The position numbers were made by a program, and so were the translations under genes. A stretch of DNA of 64,000 nt from an uncultured delta proteobacterium (GTDB lineage: Bacteria; Desulfobacterota; Syntrophia; Syntrophales; Fen-1087), in assembly GCA_963709485.1 (NCBI GenBank), contig CAVPWE010000007.1, positions 78,858-142,857 of the forward strand. Reading direction: 5' to 3'. Below, piece after piece: positions 33,068-42,578 of this stretch. The notes below the pieces were generated by a model, which searched no databases, was not told the origin of the DNA, and was given only the letters and a program-made list of their open reading frames with translations. Position 1 is the first letter of the stretch, and each line of letters opens with the position of its first letter.

Positions 33068-33072
33068 GTAAT

Positions 33073-33147
33073 TGGTGGGCCGTGTGAGGATTGAACTCAC
33101 GACCAACGGATTAAAAGTCCGCTGCTCTACCTCTGAGCTAACGGCCC
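33073..33147 (-). tRNA. tRNA-Lys (anticodon UUU)
   Basis: The reverse complement GGGCCGTTAGCTCAGAGGTAGAGCAGCGGACTTTTAATCCGTTGGTCGTGAGTTCAATCCTCACACGGCCCACCA folds by hand into a cloverleaf. It has a 7-bp acceptor stem, D arm GCTC/GAGC, anticodon loop CTTTTAA, T arm GTGAG/CTCAC with loop TTCAATC, and an encoded CCA. Confidence 0.9.
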
Positions 33148-33174
33148 GGAAATGCCCTGTTCGAAAGGCCTGCC

Positions 33175-33203
33175 CTCATAAAACAAGTCCCTCCGCTTGT
33201 CAA
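33175..33203 (-). promoter_or_regulatory. Sigma-70-type promoter of tRNA-Lys
   Basis: On the minus strand, TTGACA (33203-33198) is followed by a 17-nt spacer and TATGAG (33180-33175). The promoter sits ~28 nt upstream of the tRNA 5' end. Confidence 0.4.
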
Positions 33204-33214
33204 GAAGAAAGCAG

Positions 33215-34516
33215 TCAGTCACTGAAGGGACTTTTCAGTACGATGGTGTTTTCCCTTCCCGCTCCCACCGAAACGAGTGTGAGCGGAACTCCGGCCAGCG
33301 TTTCGAGCCTTTCCACGTAGCGCCTCGCATTTTTCGGGAGATCGCCGATCTGCTTGGCATGACGGATATCTTCTGTCCATCCGTCCAGTTCCTGATAAAC
33401 GGGCCGGCATTCGGACAGCACGCGGAGATTCGAGGGAACGGACTCGGTAAAGTCTTCGCCGGACGGGCTTTTATAACCGACACAGATTTTCAATTTTTCA
33501 ATCCCGGTCAGGACGTCCAGCTTCGTCATGGCAATGCCCGTGATGCCGGAAACGCGGATGGACTGTTTGACCAGGACCATGTCCAGCCAGCCGCAGCGCC
33601 GCTTCCGGCCCGTAGTGGCTCCGAATTCCTGGCCGACTGTCTGAATGTGCTCGCCGATCTCGCCGGTCAGTTCCGTGACAAAAGGGCCCTGTCCCACCCG
33701 CGTCGTATAGGCCTTGCAGATCCCGACCACCGCGCCGATCGCAAGCGGTCCGATGCCGGTCCCGCAACTGGCGTTGCCGGCGACGGTGTTGGAAGAGGTC
33801 ACATAGGGGAATGTGCCGTGGTCGACATCCAGGTGGCAGCCCTGGGCTCCTTCGAAAAGGACCTTCTTGCCCTTCCGCATTTCCCTTTCAATCACCAGCG
33901 AGGTATTTGTCACATAGGATTTGAGCTTCTCGGCGTAAGCGCGGTATTCATCGTAAATCTGCTGCTCGTCCAGGGGGGCTTCCCCGAAGAGTTTTGTGAG
34001 GTAGAAGTTTTTCTCCTCCAGATTGGACTTCAATTTTTCGCGAAAGACCTCGTCGTCCAGGAGATCACAGAACCGGATGCCGATGCGGGCCACCTTGTCC
34101 TCGTACGCGGGACCGATTCCCCGGCCGGTTGTGCCGATCTTTTTCCCGGTCTTGCGGGCTTCCCGCGCGATGTCCAGCCTGCGGTGATAAGGCATGATCA
34201 GGTGGGCAATCTCGCTCGCCAGAAGTTTCGTGTTGGCGGGAAAGAGCGAACGGTCATGCAGATCGTCGATCTCCTGTGCCATCACCGCCGGGTCGACGAC
34301 GACGCCGTTGCCGATGATGCAGATTTTATGGTCATGCAGGATGCCGGAGGGAATCACATGAAGAATCGTCTGCACCCCTTTGACGACGAGGGTGTGCCCC
34401 GCATTGTTTCCCCCCTGAAAACGGGCGATCACATCCGCGTCTTCCGCGTACAGATCGACAACCTTACCCTTTCCTTCATCACCCCACTGGGATCCGATTA
34501 CCACGACATTTGCCAT
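33215..34516 (-). CDS. purA: Adenylosuccinate synthetase
   Basis: The 433-aa product has MANVVVIGSQWGDEGKGKVVD (GDEGKGK P-loop), GTTGRGIGPAYEDK and canonical length. Confidence 0.95.
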   Translation of the reverse strand: MANVVVIGSQWGDEGKGKVVDLYAEDADVIARFQGGNNAGHTLVVKGVQTILHVIPSGILHDHKICIIGNGVVVDPAVMAQEIDDLHDRSLFPANTKLLASEIAHLIMPYHRRLDIAREARKTGKKIGTTGRGIGPAYEDKVARIGIRFCDLLDDEVFREKLKSNLEEKNFYLTKLFGEAPLDEQQIYDEYRAYAEKLKSYVTNTSLVIEREMRKGKKVLFEGAQGCHLDVDHGTFPYVTSSNTVAGNASCGTGIGPLAIGAVVGICKAYTTRVGQGPFVTELTGEIGEHIQTVGQEFGATTGRKRRCGWLDMVLVKQSIRVSGITGIAMTKLDVLTGIEKLKICVGYKSPSGEDFTESVPSNLRVLSECRPVYQELDGWTEDIRHAKQIGDLPKNARRYVERLETLAGVPLTLVSVGAGRENTIVLKSPFSD

Positions 34517-34551
34517 GATCCGCCCTCCCTTTTCTTCATTGAAGAAAGTCG

Positions 34552-36135
34552 CTACATTTCCAGCTGAATGACGGAAATGACATGAGGCAGCTTGCGAAGC
34601 TTGTCCAGGGCCGCTTCGGGCACGACGCTGTCCGTGCTCAGGACCACGAGAGCCTGGTTGTCGATCTGGTCGCGGCTCAGGTGGAGCCTGGCGATGTTGA
34701 CGTTGTTCTGTCCCAGTGTTGACCCGATGTTGCCGATGACCCCGGGACGATCATAGTTCGAAAGGACCAGCATGTAACCTTCGGGAACCACTTCCAGCGT
34801 GAATTTATCGATCTGGACGATGCGGGGATCCCGGCGTCCGAAGAGCGCGCCCGCAGCATAGAACGTCCCTTTCGACGTTTTGAGGGTCAGCGCGATCATG
34901 CTGGTGTAGTCCCCGACCTCGCTGCTTTTCGATTCGACGACCTTGATGCCCCGTTCCTTGGCCACCACCGGGGCGTTGATGTAGTTGATCGTGTCCTTCA
35001 GGACCGGCGTCAACAGCCCCTTCAGAAGGGAAATGGTCAGGGGGGCGACGTTATAGTTGAGAATCTTGCCGCTGTATTCGATCAGGACCTCCTGGATGCC
35101 GCCCGTGACCACCTGGGCCTGGAATTTTCCGAGCTTTTCCGACAGGTCCAGGTAGGGCTGGATCACCTGCAGCAGTTCGGAGCTGACCGAGGGGAAGTTC
35201 ACGGCATTGCGGATTTCTCCCTTGATCAGGTAATCGGAGATCTGCTCGGCAATGGCGATGGCGACGTTGATCTGCGCCTCGTCGGTGGAGGCGCCCAGGT
35301 GCGGCGTGCAGATGACATTCGGCAGAGCGATCAGATCCTTGTTTTTCGTGGGTTCCTCTTCAAAGACGTCCAGCGCGGCCCCGGCCACCTTGCCGGCAAC
35401 GAGGGCTTCGTAAAGGTCTTTTTCGTTGACGATCCCGCCGCGGGCGCAGTTGATGATGAAGACGCCCTGTTTCATTTTTGCGAAGGCGTCCTTGTTGAGG
35501 ATGCCCCTGGTTTCCTTGGTCATGGGCGTGTGCACGGAGATGAAGTCGGAGTTTTTCAGCAGGTCATCCAGGCTGACCAGGCCGATCCCGATCTTCTGTG
35601 CCGCCTCCGGGGAAATGAAGGGGTCATAGGCGATCACGTTCATCTTCAGGCCCTGCGCCCGGTCGGCGACGATGGAACCCACGCGGCCGATTCCGATGAT
35701 GCCGAGGGTCTTGTTGAAGATCTCGTTGCCCATGAATTTGTTCTTTTCCCATTTGCCCGACTTCATGGAGGCCGTTGCCTGCGGGATTTTCCGGGACAGG
35801 GAGAGCATCATGGAGATGGCGTGCTCGCCCGTGGTGATCGTGTTGCCGCCGGGGGTGTTCATGACGACGATCCCCCGCTTGCTCGCGGCGATGATGTCCA
35901 CGTTGTCCAGGCCGGCGCCGGCCCGTCCGATGATCTTCAGGTTTTCGGCGCTGTCGATGATCGCCTGCGTCACCTTGGTGGCACTCCGGATCACCAGGCC
36001 GTCATACTCCTTGATGACGCCTTTCAGTTCGTCCGGGGTGAGGTTCGTCATGACGTCCACCTCGATCCCCGGCGTGTTCTTCAATACTTTGATCCCCTCG
36101 GCGGAAAGGGAATCGCTGATCAGTACCTTTTTCAT
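34552..36135 (-). CDS. serA: D-3-phosphoglycerate dehydrogenase (long form with ASB and ACT domains)
   Basis: The 527-aa product has the NAD-binding motif GIIGIGRVGS and the catalytic region of a 2-hydroxyacid dehydrogenase. The C-terminal part is ACT-like (VLSNYDRPGVIGNIGSTLG). Confidence 0.92.
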   Translation of the reverse strand: MKKVLISDSLSAEGIKVLKNTPGIEVDVMTNLTPDELKGVIKEYDGLVIRSATKVTQAIIDSAENLKIIGRAGAGLDNVDIIAASKRGIVVMNTPGGNTITTGEHAISMMLSLSRKIPQATASMKSGKWEKNKFMGNEIFNKTLGIIGIGRVGSIVADRAQGLKMNVIAYDPFISPEAAQKIGIGLVSLDDLLKNSDFISVHTPMTKETRGILNKDAFAKMKQGVFIINCARGGIVNEKDLYEALVAGKVAGAALDVFEEEPTKNKDLIALPNVICTPHLGASTDEAQINVAIAIAEQISDYLIKGEIRNAVNFPSVSSELLQVIQPYLDLSEKLGKFQAQVVTGGIQEVLIEYSGKILNYNVAPLTISLLKGLLTPVLKDTINYINAPVVAKERGIKVVESKSSEVGDYTSMIALTLKTSKGTFYAAGALFGRRDPRIVQIDKFTLEVVPEGYMLVLSNYDRPGVIGNIGSTLGQNNVNIARLHLSRDQIDNQALVVLSTDSVVPEAALDKLRKLPHVISVIQLEM

Positions 36136-36164
36136 GCAATGGATCTCCTTCTTAAATTTTCTCT

Positions 36165-37292
36165 TTACAATGCGGCTGCTTTCTGGCGGTAGGCCTTTTC
36201 AAGCTCGGTGAGGGCGGCCTCGATGTCTGCCGGCTCAATGGTGGGGCCGCACCAGAAACGGAACCCCGGAGGGGCATCCTTGTAGGAATTGATGTCGTGG
36301 GCGGTGTTGTTCTTGTCCAGGACGCCCGCGACGGATTTCAGGAATTTGGCCCGGTCTTCCTTGGGCATGTCTTTCACTTTTTCGCTGGTGACGGTCAGGC
36401 AGACGGAAGTGTTCGAACGGATATCCCCGGATTGGGCCAGAAAATCGACCCAGTCCGTTTTTTCCACCCAGTCCTCGATGATTTTCAGGTTGGCCCGGCT
36501 TCGTTTGAACAGTCCCGCCAGGCCGATTTCACCGGCCCATTGAAGCGCATCGAGGTAGTCCTCCACGCAGAGCATGGAAGGGGTGTTGATGGTGTCCCCC
36601 TCAAAGATGGCGCGGTTGACGGTGCCGCCCTTTTTCATGCGGAAGATCTTGGGCAGCGGCCAGGGCGGGTCGTAGGATTCAAGCCGGGCGATGGCCCTCG
36701 GGCTCAGGACCAGCATTCCGTGGGCCGCTTCGCCGCCCAGGCATTTCTGCCACGAGAAGGTGAGCACATCCACTTTCGTCCAGTCGATCGGCATGGCAAA
36801 GGCCGCACTGGTCGCGTCGCACAGCGACAGGCCGGCCCGGTCGGCGGGGATCCAGTCCCAGTCCGGGATTTTCACGCCGCTCGTGGTGCCGTTGGCCACG
36901 AATACGACGTCACTTTTCCAGTCCACCGCTTTCAGGTCGGGAATTTTTCCGTAACCGGCCTTCAGGACAACCGGGTTCAATTTGAGCTGTTTTGTCACAT
37001 CCGTCGCCCATCCGTCGGAGAAACTCTCCCAGACCAGGACGGTGACCGGCCTTGCCCCCAGAAAGGTCCACATGGCCGCTTCAAAAGCGCCGGTGTCCGA
37101 TCCGGGGAAGATGCCGGTTAGGAAGTCTTCGGGAATCTCGAGGATTCTTTTTGTTTCCGCGATGGCCCGGGCGAGCTTTTCTTTGCCCAGCGCCGAGCGG
37201 TGAGACCGTCCGACGGCAGCATCCTTGAGGGCATCGAGGCGCCACCGGGGCCTCTTGCTGCAGGGGCCGGAACTGAAATTCGGGTTGTGCAT
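36165..37292 (-). CDS. serC: Phosphoserine aminotransferase (class V aminotransferase type)
   Basis: The ORF track gives 36165..37319. I chose the ATG at 37292, which follows AAGGAAA. The N-terminus [11 protein letters not shown] is typical of SerC, and the gene lies next to serA. Confidence 0.8.
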   Translation of the reverse strand: MHNPNFSSGPCSKRPRWRLDALKDAAVGRSHRSALGKEKLARAIAETKRILEIPEDFLTGIFPGSDTGAFEAAMWTFLGARPVTVLVWESFSDGWATDVTKQLKLNPVVLKAGYGKIPDLKAVDWKSDVVFVANGTTSGVKIPDWDWIPADRAGLSLCDATSAAFAMPIDWTKVDVLTFSWQKCLGGEAAHGMLVLSPRAIARLESYDPPWPLPKIFRMKKGGTVNRAIFEGDTINTPSMLCVEDYLDALQWAGEIGLAGLFKRSRANLKIIEDWVEKTDWVDFLAQSGDIRSNTSVCLTVTSEKVKDMPKEDRAKFLKSVAGVLDKNNTAHDINSYKDAPPGFRFWCGPTIEPADIEAALTELEKAYRQKAAAL

Positions 37293-37430
37293 GGGGTTTT
37301 CCTTTCCTGCTTTTTTCAAACCTTACTTTTATAACAACATTGAAATGTTTATACAAGACATTTTCTCGTTTCATATTGACGGCCTGTCAAAATAATCATA
37401 TGTAGATTTGAAGATCGTGCCGCACGGAGC

Positions 37431-38794
37431 GTGACGTTGAAAAAGATAAAAACACAGTTTTTCTGCCAGAACTGCGGTCATCAGTCCTCGAAGTGGCTGG
37501 GCAAGTGCCCCTCCTGCCAGCAGTGGCATCAGTTTGTTGAAGAAGAAATCCGCTCCGGCGATCCCGCTTTGCGGCCCGGGCTTCAACTGAGCGAACCGCC
37601 GCAGTCCATCGATGCCATCGCGGCGGATGAGAAGGACCGCATGACGACGGGCATTGCCGAACTGGACCGGGTTCTTGGGGGCGGCATTGTAGGGGGGTCG
37701 GCCGTCCTGGTGGGCGGGGATCCGGGCATCGGAAAGTCAACCCTGCTCCTGCAGATGCTTCACAGGCTCGCGGAGAAGGGATCGAAAGTCCTCTATATTT
37801 CGGGGGAGGAATCGGCAAAGCAGATCAAGCTCCGGGGTCGAAGGATCGGCGCCGCTTCACCCAACCTGTTGATCCTTGTGGAGATTGACCTCGAAAATAT
37901 GGTCCGGCACATTGAGAGCCTCGCACCGCAGGCCGTTGTCATCGATTCCATCCAGACCGTCTATTCAGCCGCCCTTTCCTCCGCTCCGGGCAGTGTCGGC
38001 CAGGTGCGGGAGGCGTCGGAGCGGCTGATTCTCCTGTCCAAAAAGACGGGCATTCCCGTTTTCCTGGTGGGGCACGTCACCAAGGACGGGTCCATCGCCG
38101 GTCCGAAGGTTCTGGAGCACATGGTGGATACGGTCCTTTACTTCGAGGGGGATTCGGGGCATGCCTACCGGATCATCCGCGGGATGAAAAACCGCTTTGG
38201 CCCCACCAATGAGATCGGCGTCTTTGAGATGCGGGACGACGGGCTTCAGGTGGTTTCGAATCCGTCCGCTTTTTTCTGTCGGAAAGGCCGAAGGGGGCTC
38301 CCGGTTCGGTGGTTGTCCCGAGCATGGAGGGCACGCGGCCCATTCTCGTTGAGATTCAATCGCTGGCCAGCCCCACCAATTTCGGGATGCCGAGGCGGAC
38401 GGCCATCGGCGTCGATCACAACCGGGTTTCCCTGCTTGTGGCCGTGCTGGACAAGATCTGCGGCCTGCATCTCAGCAATCACGATATTTTCATCAATGTC
38501 GCCGGCGGGATCCGGGTGGACGAGCCGGCCATCGACCTGGGAATCGTGTCCGCCATGGCGTCCAGTTTTCTCGATCGGCCCATCGATGCGAAAACCGTCG
38601 TTTTTGGAGAAGTGGGGCTCACCGGCGAGGTCCGGGGCATCTCTCAGATGGACATCCGGGTCAGGGAGGCAGCCCGCATGGGCTTCACCCGCTGCATTCT
38701 GCCCATGACCCGTGCCCGGGATGTCGCGGCCGGATCCGGGGTGGACCTTCTGAAGATCGGAAGTTTGAGAGAACTTCTGGAGAATCTTTTTTAG
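37431..38794 (+). CDS. radA: DNA repair protein RadA, interrupted by a single-base frame break at the T6 run 38270-38275
   Basis: ORF 37431..38708 carries the zinc ribbon (CQNCGHQSSKWLGKCPSC), Walker A (GGDPGIGKST) and KNRFG motifs up to ...SNPSAFF. ORF 38309..38794 carries the Lon-like C-terminal domain. Adding one T restores ...SAFFLSERPKGAPGSVVVPSMEG. Confidence 0.9.
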
Positions 38795-38846
38795 GGCCTG
38801 AGGACCGGTGCGTCCGTCGGGCTTGCATGAAATTGATTTGACGTAA

Positions 38847-39983
38847 ATGAGGGGATGGACGGTCATGACCGAAGTTGTCGGGATATTCGAATGGTTCGCC
38901 ATTCTGGTCATTTCTCTGATATTCGCTGGAACGATGAAGCTTTCCGGACCTGGGCGTGCCGTTGTCCGGACGCTCCTGACCACCGTCTTTTTCCTGCTCT
39001 CTGCGCTGCCGGTCTTCGCCGCACCGCAGGCCTTCACGCAGGAGTATCATCATGAAGCCGGCGTGATGGACAGCGAGGGATCGTCCCGGGCGATTGCCCT
39101 GGAGCAGGTCAAGCGGCTGCTGCTCGAGGAACTGGGGGCCTGCCTGGAGAGGGAGACCGCAGTGAAGGATTATCAGATGGGTGCCGAGCAGGTCGCCTCG
39201 CTCGCTGCAGGCATCGTCAGGATGACGATTGTAGAAGAAAAATGGGAAAACCGGACCTACCGGGTCAGAGCGAAAATGGCCGCCGACCCGGACGATGTTG
39301 CCGCCGCGATCGACGGCTTGAGAAAGAACCGCCGTGTGGTTGAGGAACTGGCGCAGTCAAGACAGGAAACTGCAGAGGCATTGGAAGAAATTGATTTCCT
39401 TCGCGGCGAAACGGCTGATGATGCCGCCGATCCGGTCGAGAGGAAACACTTTGATCATGCGATTCGTCAGCTTCTTGCCGCAGACTGGATCGAGAGGGGA
39501 TATGCCGGCGCATTGGCGGGTCAGCACCAGGAGGCTGCCCGGGCCTTTGAACAGGCTATCCTGCTGAAGCCGGAGGATGCAAAAGCGCACGGCAACCGGG
39601 GCATTTCCCACCTCCTGATGGGCAATTATCCGCAGGCGGTTCAGGATCTGGACAGGGCTGTGGCCCTGAACCCGAAAAATGCAGAATATGCGGATTACCG
39701 GAAAATCGCCGGTAAACTGCAGCACGGTGCAGGTAGCCTGACGCTTGCGGAAAAGGCCCTTCTGGAAACACCGGCCAACCTCCGCAGGCAGCATACGGAA
39801 ACCGGAGGGGATGGACGGAAGCTGTCCCTTAAAAACGGTGACCGTCCGGCCGGAGAGAAGCGCATAGCGGAGCGGCCCAGGAAGAAGCGGCAGCAGGAGC
39901 CGCTGAAAGACAGAAAGAAGGCCGAGAAAAAAAAGAAGAAAGCCGGCGTGCATGCATCGGCGAGGACGACGAACGGGGGTTGA
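38847..39983 (+). CDS. TPR-repeat protein with signal/TM N-terminus and Lys-rich tail
   Basis: The 378-aa ORF contains TPR units around AARAFEQAILLKPEDAKAHGNRGISHLLMGNYPQAVQDLDRAVALNPKNAEY. The start is uncertain: ATG at 38865 or 38934 is also possible. Confidence 0.6.
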   Translation: MRGWTVMTEVVGIFEWFAILVISLIFAGTMKLSGPGRAVVRTLLTTVFFLLSALPVFAAPQAFTQEYHHEAGVMDSEGSSRAIALEQVKRLLLEELGACLERETAVKDYQMGAEQVASLAAGIVRMTIVEEKWENRTYRVRAKMAADPDDVAAAIDGLRKNRRVVEELAQSRQETAEALEEIDFLRGETADDAADPVERKHFDHAIRQLLAADWIERGYAGALAGQHQEAARAFEQAILLKPEDAKAHGNRGISHLLMGNYPQAVQDLDRAVALNPKNAEYADYRKIAGKLQHGAGSLTLAEKALLETPANLRRQHTETGGDGRKLSLKNGDRPAGEKRIAERPRKKRQQEPLKDRKKAEKKKKKAGVHASARTTNGG

Positions 39984-40049
39984 TACAGGAACGAAGGGAT
40001 GGGGGAGGCGCAGAAACCGGGTAGCCGCAAATATCGGGCGGTCAGCGGG

Positions 40050-40778
40050 ATGAACTCCGATGAGCACATCCGCACGGTCCGGGAAATCTTTGCGACGATT
40101 ACGGACCGGTACGATTTCCTGAATCATTTCCTTAGTCTTCGACAGGACGTGGCCTGGCGGCGGGCCGCCGTCCGGCGCATGCGCTTCCAGCGGTCGCGGC
40201 GTCTGCTCGATGTCGCAACCGGGACGGGCGATCTTGCCATCGAGGCCATCCGGCAGCACCCGGAAATCGAGGTGACGGGGCTTGATATCGTTCCGGAGAT
40301 GATGGCGATCGGTCGTCGCAAGATTGAAAAGAGTCAGCTCTCCGGACGGATCCGGTTCATGCAGGGAGACGCCCTGCACCTGCCGTTTTCAGACGGATCC
40401 TTCGATGTTTCGGTGATTGCCTTCGGAATCAGGAATATTCCGGACCGCATCCGGGCGCTGCAGGAGATGATGCGCGTCGTCGCACCCGGAGGCCAGGTCA
40501 TTGTCCTGGAAATGCATTTCCCGCGGAACCGCCTGTTCCAGCGGCTCTACGATCTCTACCTGAACCGCATCCTGCCCCTCATGGCCGGCGCCTTTTCCAG
40601 AAATCCGGAAGCCTATCGCTATCTCGCCGATTCGATCATGCACTTCCCCTCGCCGGGCGAGTTTGCGGTCATGATGGGGGAAGCCGGGCTGAAGGCGGTG
40701 GCACGCGCTCCGCTGACCCTGGGCATCACCTACCTCTATCTGGGGACGAAACCGGACGGGAATTGTCCCGGGCAGTAA
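40050..40778 (+). CDS. ubiE: Demethylmenaquinone/ubiquinone C-methyltransferase
   Basis: This is the internal ATG of ORF 39999..40778. IFATITDRYDFLNHFLSLRQDVAWRR matches the UbiE/MenG N-terminal signature. The SAM-binding motif is LLDVATGTGD. Confidence 0.8.
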   Translation: MNSDEHIRTVREIFATITDRYDFLNHFLSLRQDVAWRRAAVRRMRFQRSRRLLDVATGTGDLAIEAIRQHPEIEVTGLDIVPEMMAIGRRKIEKSQLSGRIRFMQGDALHLPFSDGSFDVSVIAFGIRNIPDRIRALQEMMRVVAPGGQVIVLEMHFPRNRLFQRLYDLYLNRILPLMAGAFSRNPEAYRYLADSIMHFPSPGEFAVMMGEAGLKAVARAPLTLGITYLYLGTKPDGNCPGQ

Positions 40779-40943
40779 TGTTTCGTTCTGTTTTCGGAGT
40801 GTTAGAAATATGAGAAGTTTTTTGGACTAATTCTATTGCATTTTTTGGAATAATTCGTTAGAGGACACGCGAATATTTTTCAGCCATGCCCGGTTGCGAA
40901 ACAATCTCAGTTGCCGGGACTGTTGACAGGGAGGCCCCGCACG

Positions 40944-41564
40944 ATGCGATTTATCCCCAGGGAAGAAAAGTTCTATGACCTCTTTGAAGAGCTGGCGGAC
41001 AAGATCGAAGAGGGAGGGAAGCTTTTTCTGGACATGCTCCTCAATTACGATACCTTCGAGATGAGACTGACCAAGCTCAAGGAAATCGAGCATGAGGCCG
41101 ACATCATCACCCACCGCACCTACGAGAAGATGCACACCACCTTCCTGACCCCCATCGATCGCGAAGACATTTACGCTTTGGTGAACAAGATGGACAGCAT
41201 CCTGGATATGACGGAGGCCTCCGCCATCCGGATGTCCCTGTACAAAATCAAGTTTCCGAAGGATGAGCTGATTCAGCAGGCCAGGATTTTAAACGAGGCT
41301 ACGGCCAAGGTGAAAATAATCGTCAGCGGTCTGCGGGACATGAAAAACGCCAAAACGATCCTGGAAAACTGCGTGGAGATCAACACCCTTGAAAACACGG
41401 GCGATCAGATTCTGCGCGCGACGATGGCCAAACTGTTCGAGCACGAAAAGGACCCCTTCGAACTGATCAAATGGAAGGAAATTTTCGAGCGGTTCGAGGA
41501 AGCCATGGATGTCTGTGAGGATGTTTCCAACATTGTAGAAGGCATCGTCCTGAAAAATGGTTGA
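40944..41564 (+). CDS. DUF47-family (PhoU-like) phosphate-transport accessory protein
   Basis: This is the internal ATG of ORF 40911..41564. MRFIPREEKFYDLFEELADKI... is the typical DUF47 N-terminus. The gene overlaps the PiT gene start. Confidence 0.8.
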   Translation: MRFIPREEKFYDLFEELADKIEEGGKLFLDMLLNYDTFEMRLTKLKEIEHEADIITHRTYEKMHTTFLTPIDREDIYALVNKMDSILDMTEASAIRMSLYKIKFPKDELIQQARILNEATAKVKIIVSGLRDMKNAKTILENCVEINTLENTGDQILRATMAKLFEHEKDPFELIKWKEIFERFEEAMDVCEDVSNIVEGIVLKNG

Positions 41565-42555
41565 TTCTTTCGCGTTTGTCGTCTTCCTGGTCGCGGTGGC
41601 CCTGGTTTTCGACTACATCAACGGGTTTCACGATTCAGCCAACTCAATATCCACAATCGTCTCCACCCGTGTCCTGTCTCCCCGGCAGGCGGTTCTCTGG
41701 GCCGCTTTCTTCAATTTTGCAGCAGTTTTTTTCGTTGGCGTCCATGTCGCGAAGACGGTCGGCACAGGCATCATTCATCCCGATGCCGTAGATAATTTTC
41801 TGATCCTGGCCACGCTGGGCGGTGCGATCATCTGGAATCTCATCACCTGGTGGCTGGGCCTGCCCAGCAGTTCGTCCCATGCCCTGATCGGAGGATTGAT
41901 CGGCGCCGGCATCATGAAAGGGGGGACAAAGGTTCTGGTCTGGGGGGGGATCACCAAGACGACCCTGTTTATCATCCTGTCGCCGACAATCGGAATGCTC
42001 CTCGGCCTGGCGCTGATGATCCTGGTGCTGAATCTGAGCCGCCATTCCAATGTCGCCAGGTCTCAAAGGGTTTTCAAGAAGATGCAACTCCTTTCCGCCG
42101 CCGTTTACAGCCTGGGTCACGGCATGAACGATGCCCAGAAAACCATGGGAATCATTGCCATGGTCCTTTACAGCAGGGGACTTCTCGGAAATACCTTTCA
42201 TATCCCTTTGTGGGTCGTGATCAGCTGCTATACGATGATTGCGCTGGGAACCATGGCCGGCGGGTGGCGCATCGTCAAGACCATGGGGACCAAGATCACG
42301 AAGCTGCAGCCCATGGGAGGATTCTGCGCGGAAACGGCGGCGGCGATTGCGATCATCGGGGCTTCCCTGGGGGGCATCCCGGTCAGCACGACCCACACCA
42401 TCACGGGCGCCATCGTCGGCGTGGGCGCGACGAAGCGGTGGACCGCCGTGCGCTGGGGCGTGGCGGGCACCATCATCTGGGCCTGGATTCTCACCATTCC
42501 CATGTCCGCGCTGATGTCTGCCGTCATTTATGCGGCCCTGGGGATCATTTCCTGA
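41557..42555 (+). CDS. Inorganic phosphate transporter, PiT family
   Basis: The 332-aa product has multiple TM spans. The paired signatures GFHDSANSI and GMNDAQKTMGII are typical of PiT/PHO4 transporters. Confidence 0.9.
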   Translation: MVDSFAFVVFLVAVALVFDYINGFHDSANSISTIVSTRVLSPRQAVLWAAFFNFAAVFFVGVHVAKTVGTGIIHPDAVDNFLILATLGGAIIWNLITWWLGLPSSSSHALIGGLIGAGIMKGGTKVLVWGGITKTTLFIILSPTIGMLLGLALMILVLNLSRHSNVARSQRVFKKMQLLSAAVYSLGHGMNDAQKTMGIIAMVLYSRGLLGNTFHIPLWVVISCYTMIALGTMAGGWRIVKTMGTKITKLQPMGGFCAETAAAIAIIGASLGGIPVSTTHTITGAIVGVGATKRWTAVRWGVAGTIIWAWILTIPMSALMSAVIYAALGIIS

Positions 42556-42578
42556 TTCTTTGCAAGGGAGGGTAATCA

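Larger units (their letters stand above)
22543..33072. mobile_element. Island C: decaying tRNA-Lys integrative element with phage-satellite-like layout
   Basis: The island is bounded by tRNA-fragment copy 3 and the intact tRNA. It carries an integrase, a replication pair, an iteron block, and terS and capsid remnants. The motif GTGGACA(C/A) is reiterated at both ends. Confidence 0.7.

Noticed and set aside
41942-41949. G8 homopolymer inside the PiT transporter gene, considered as another frameshift or phase-variation site.
   Set aside because: The reading frame is intact across it (..VWGGITK..), so there is nothing to report beyond its use as a control site when checking homopolymer accuracy.
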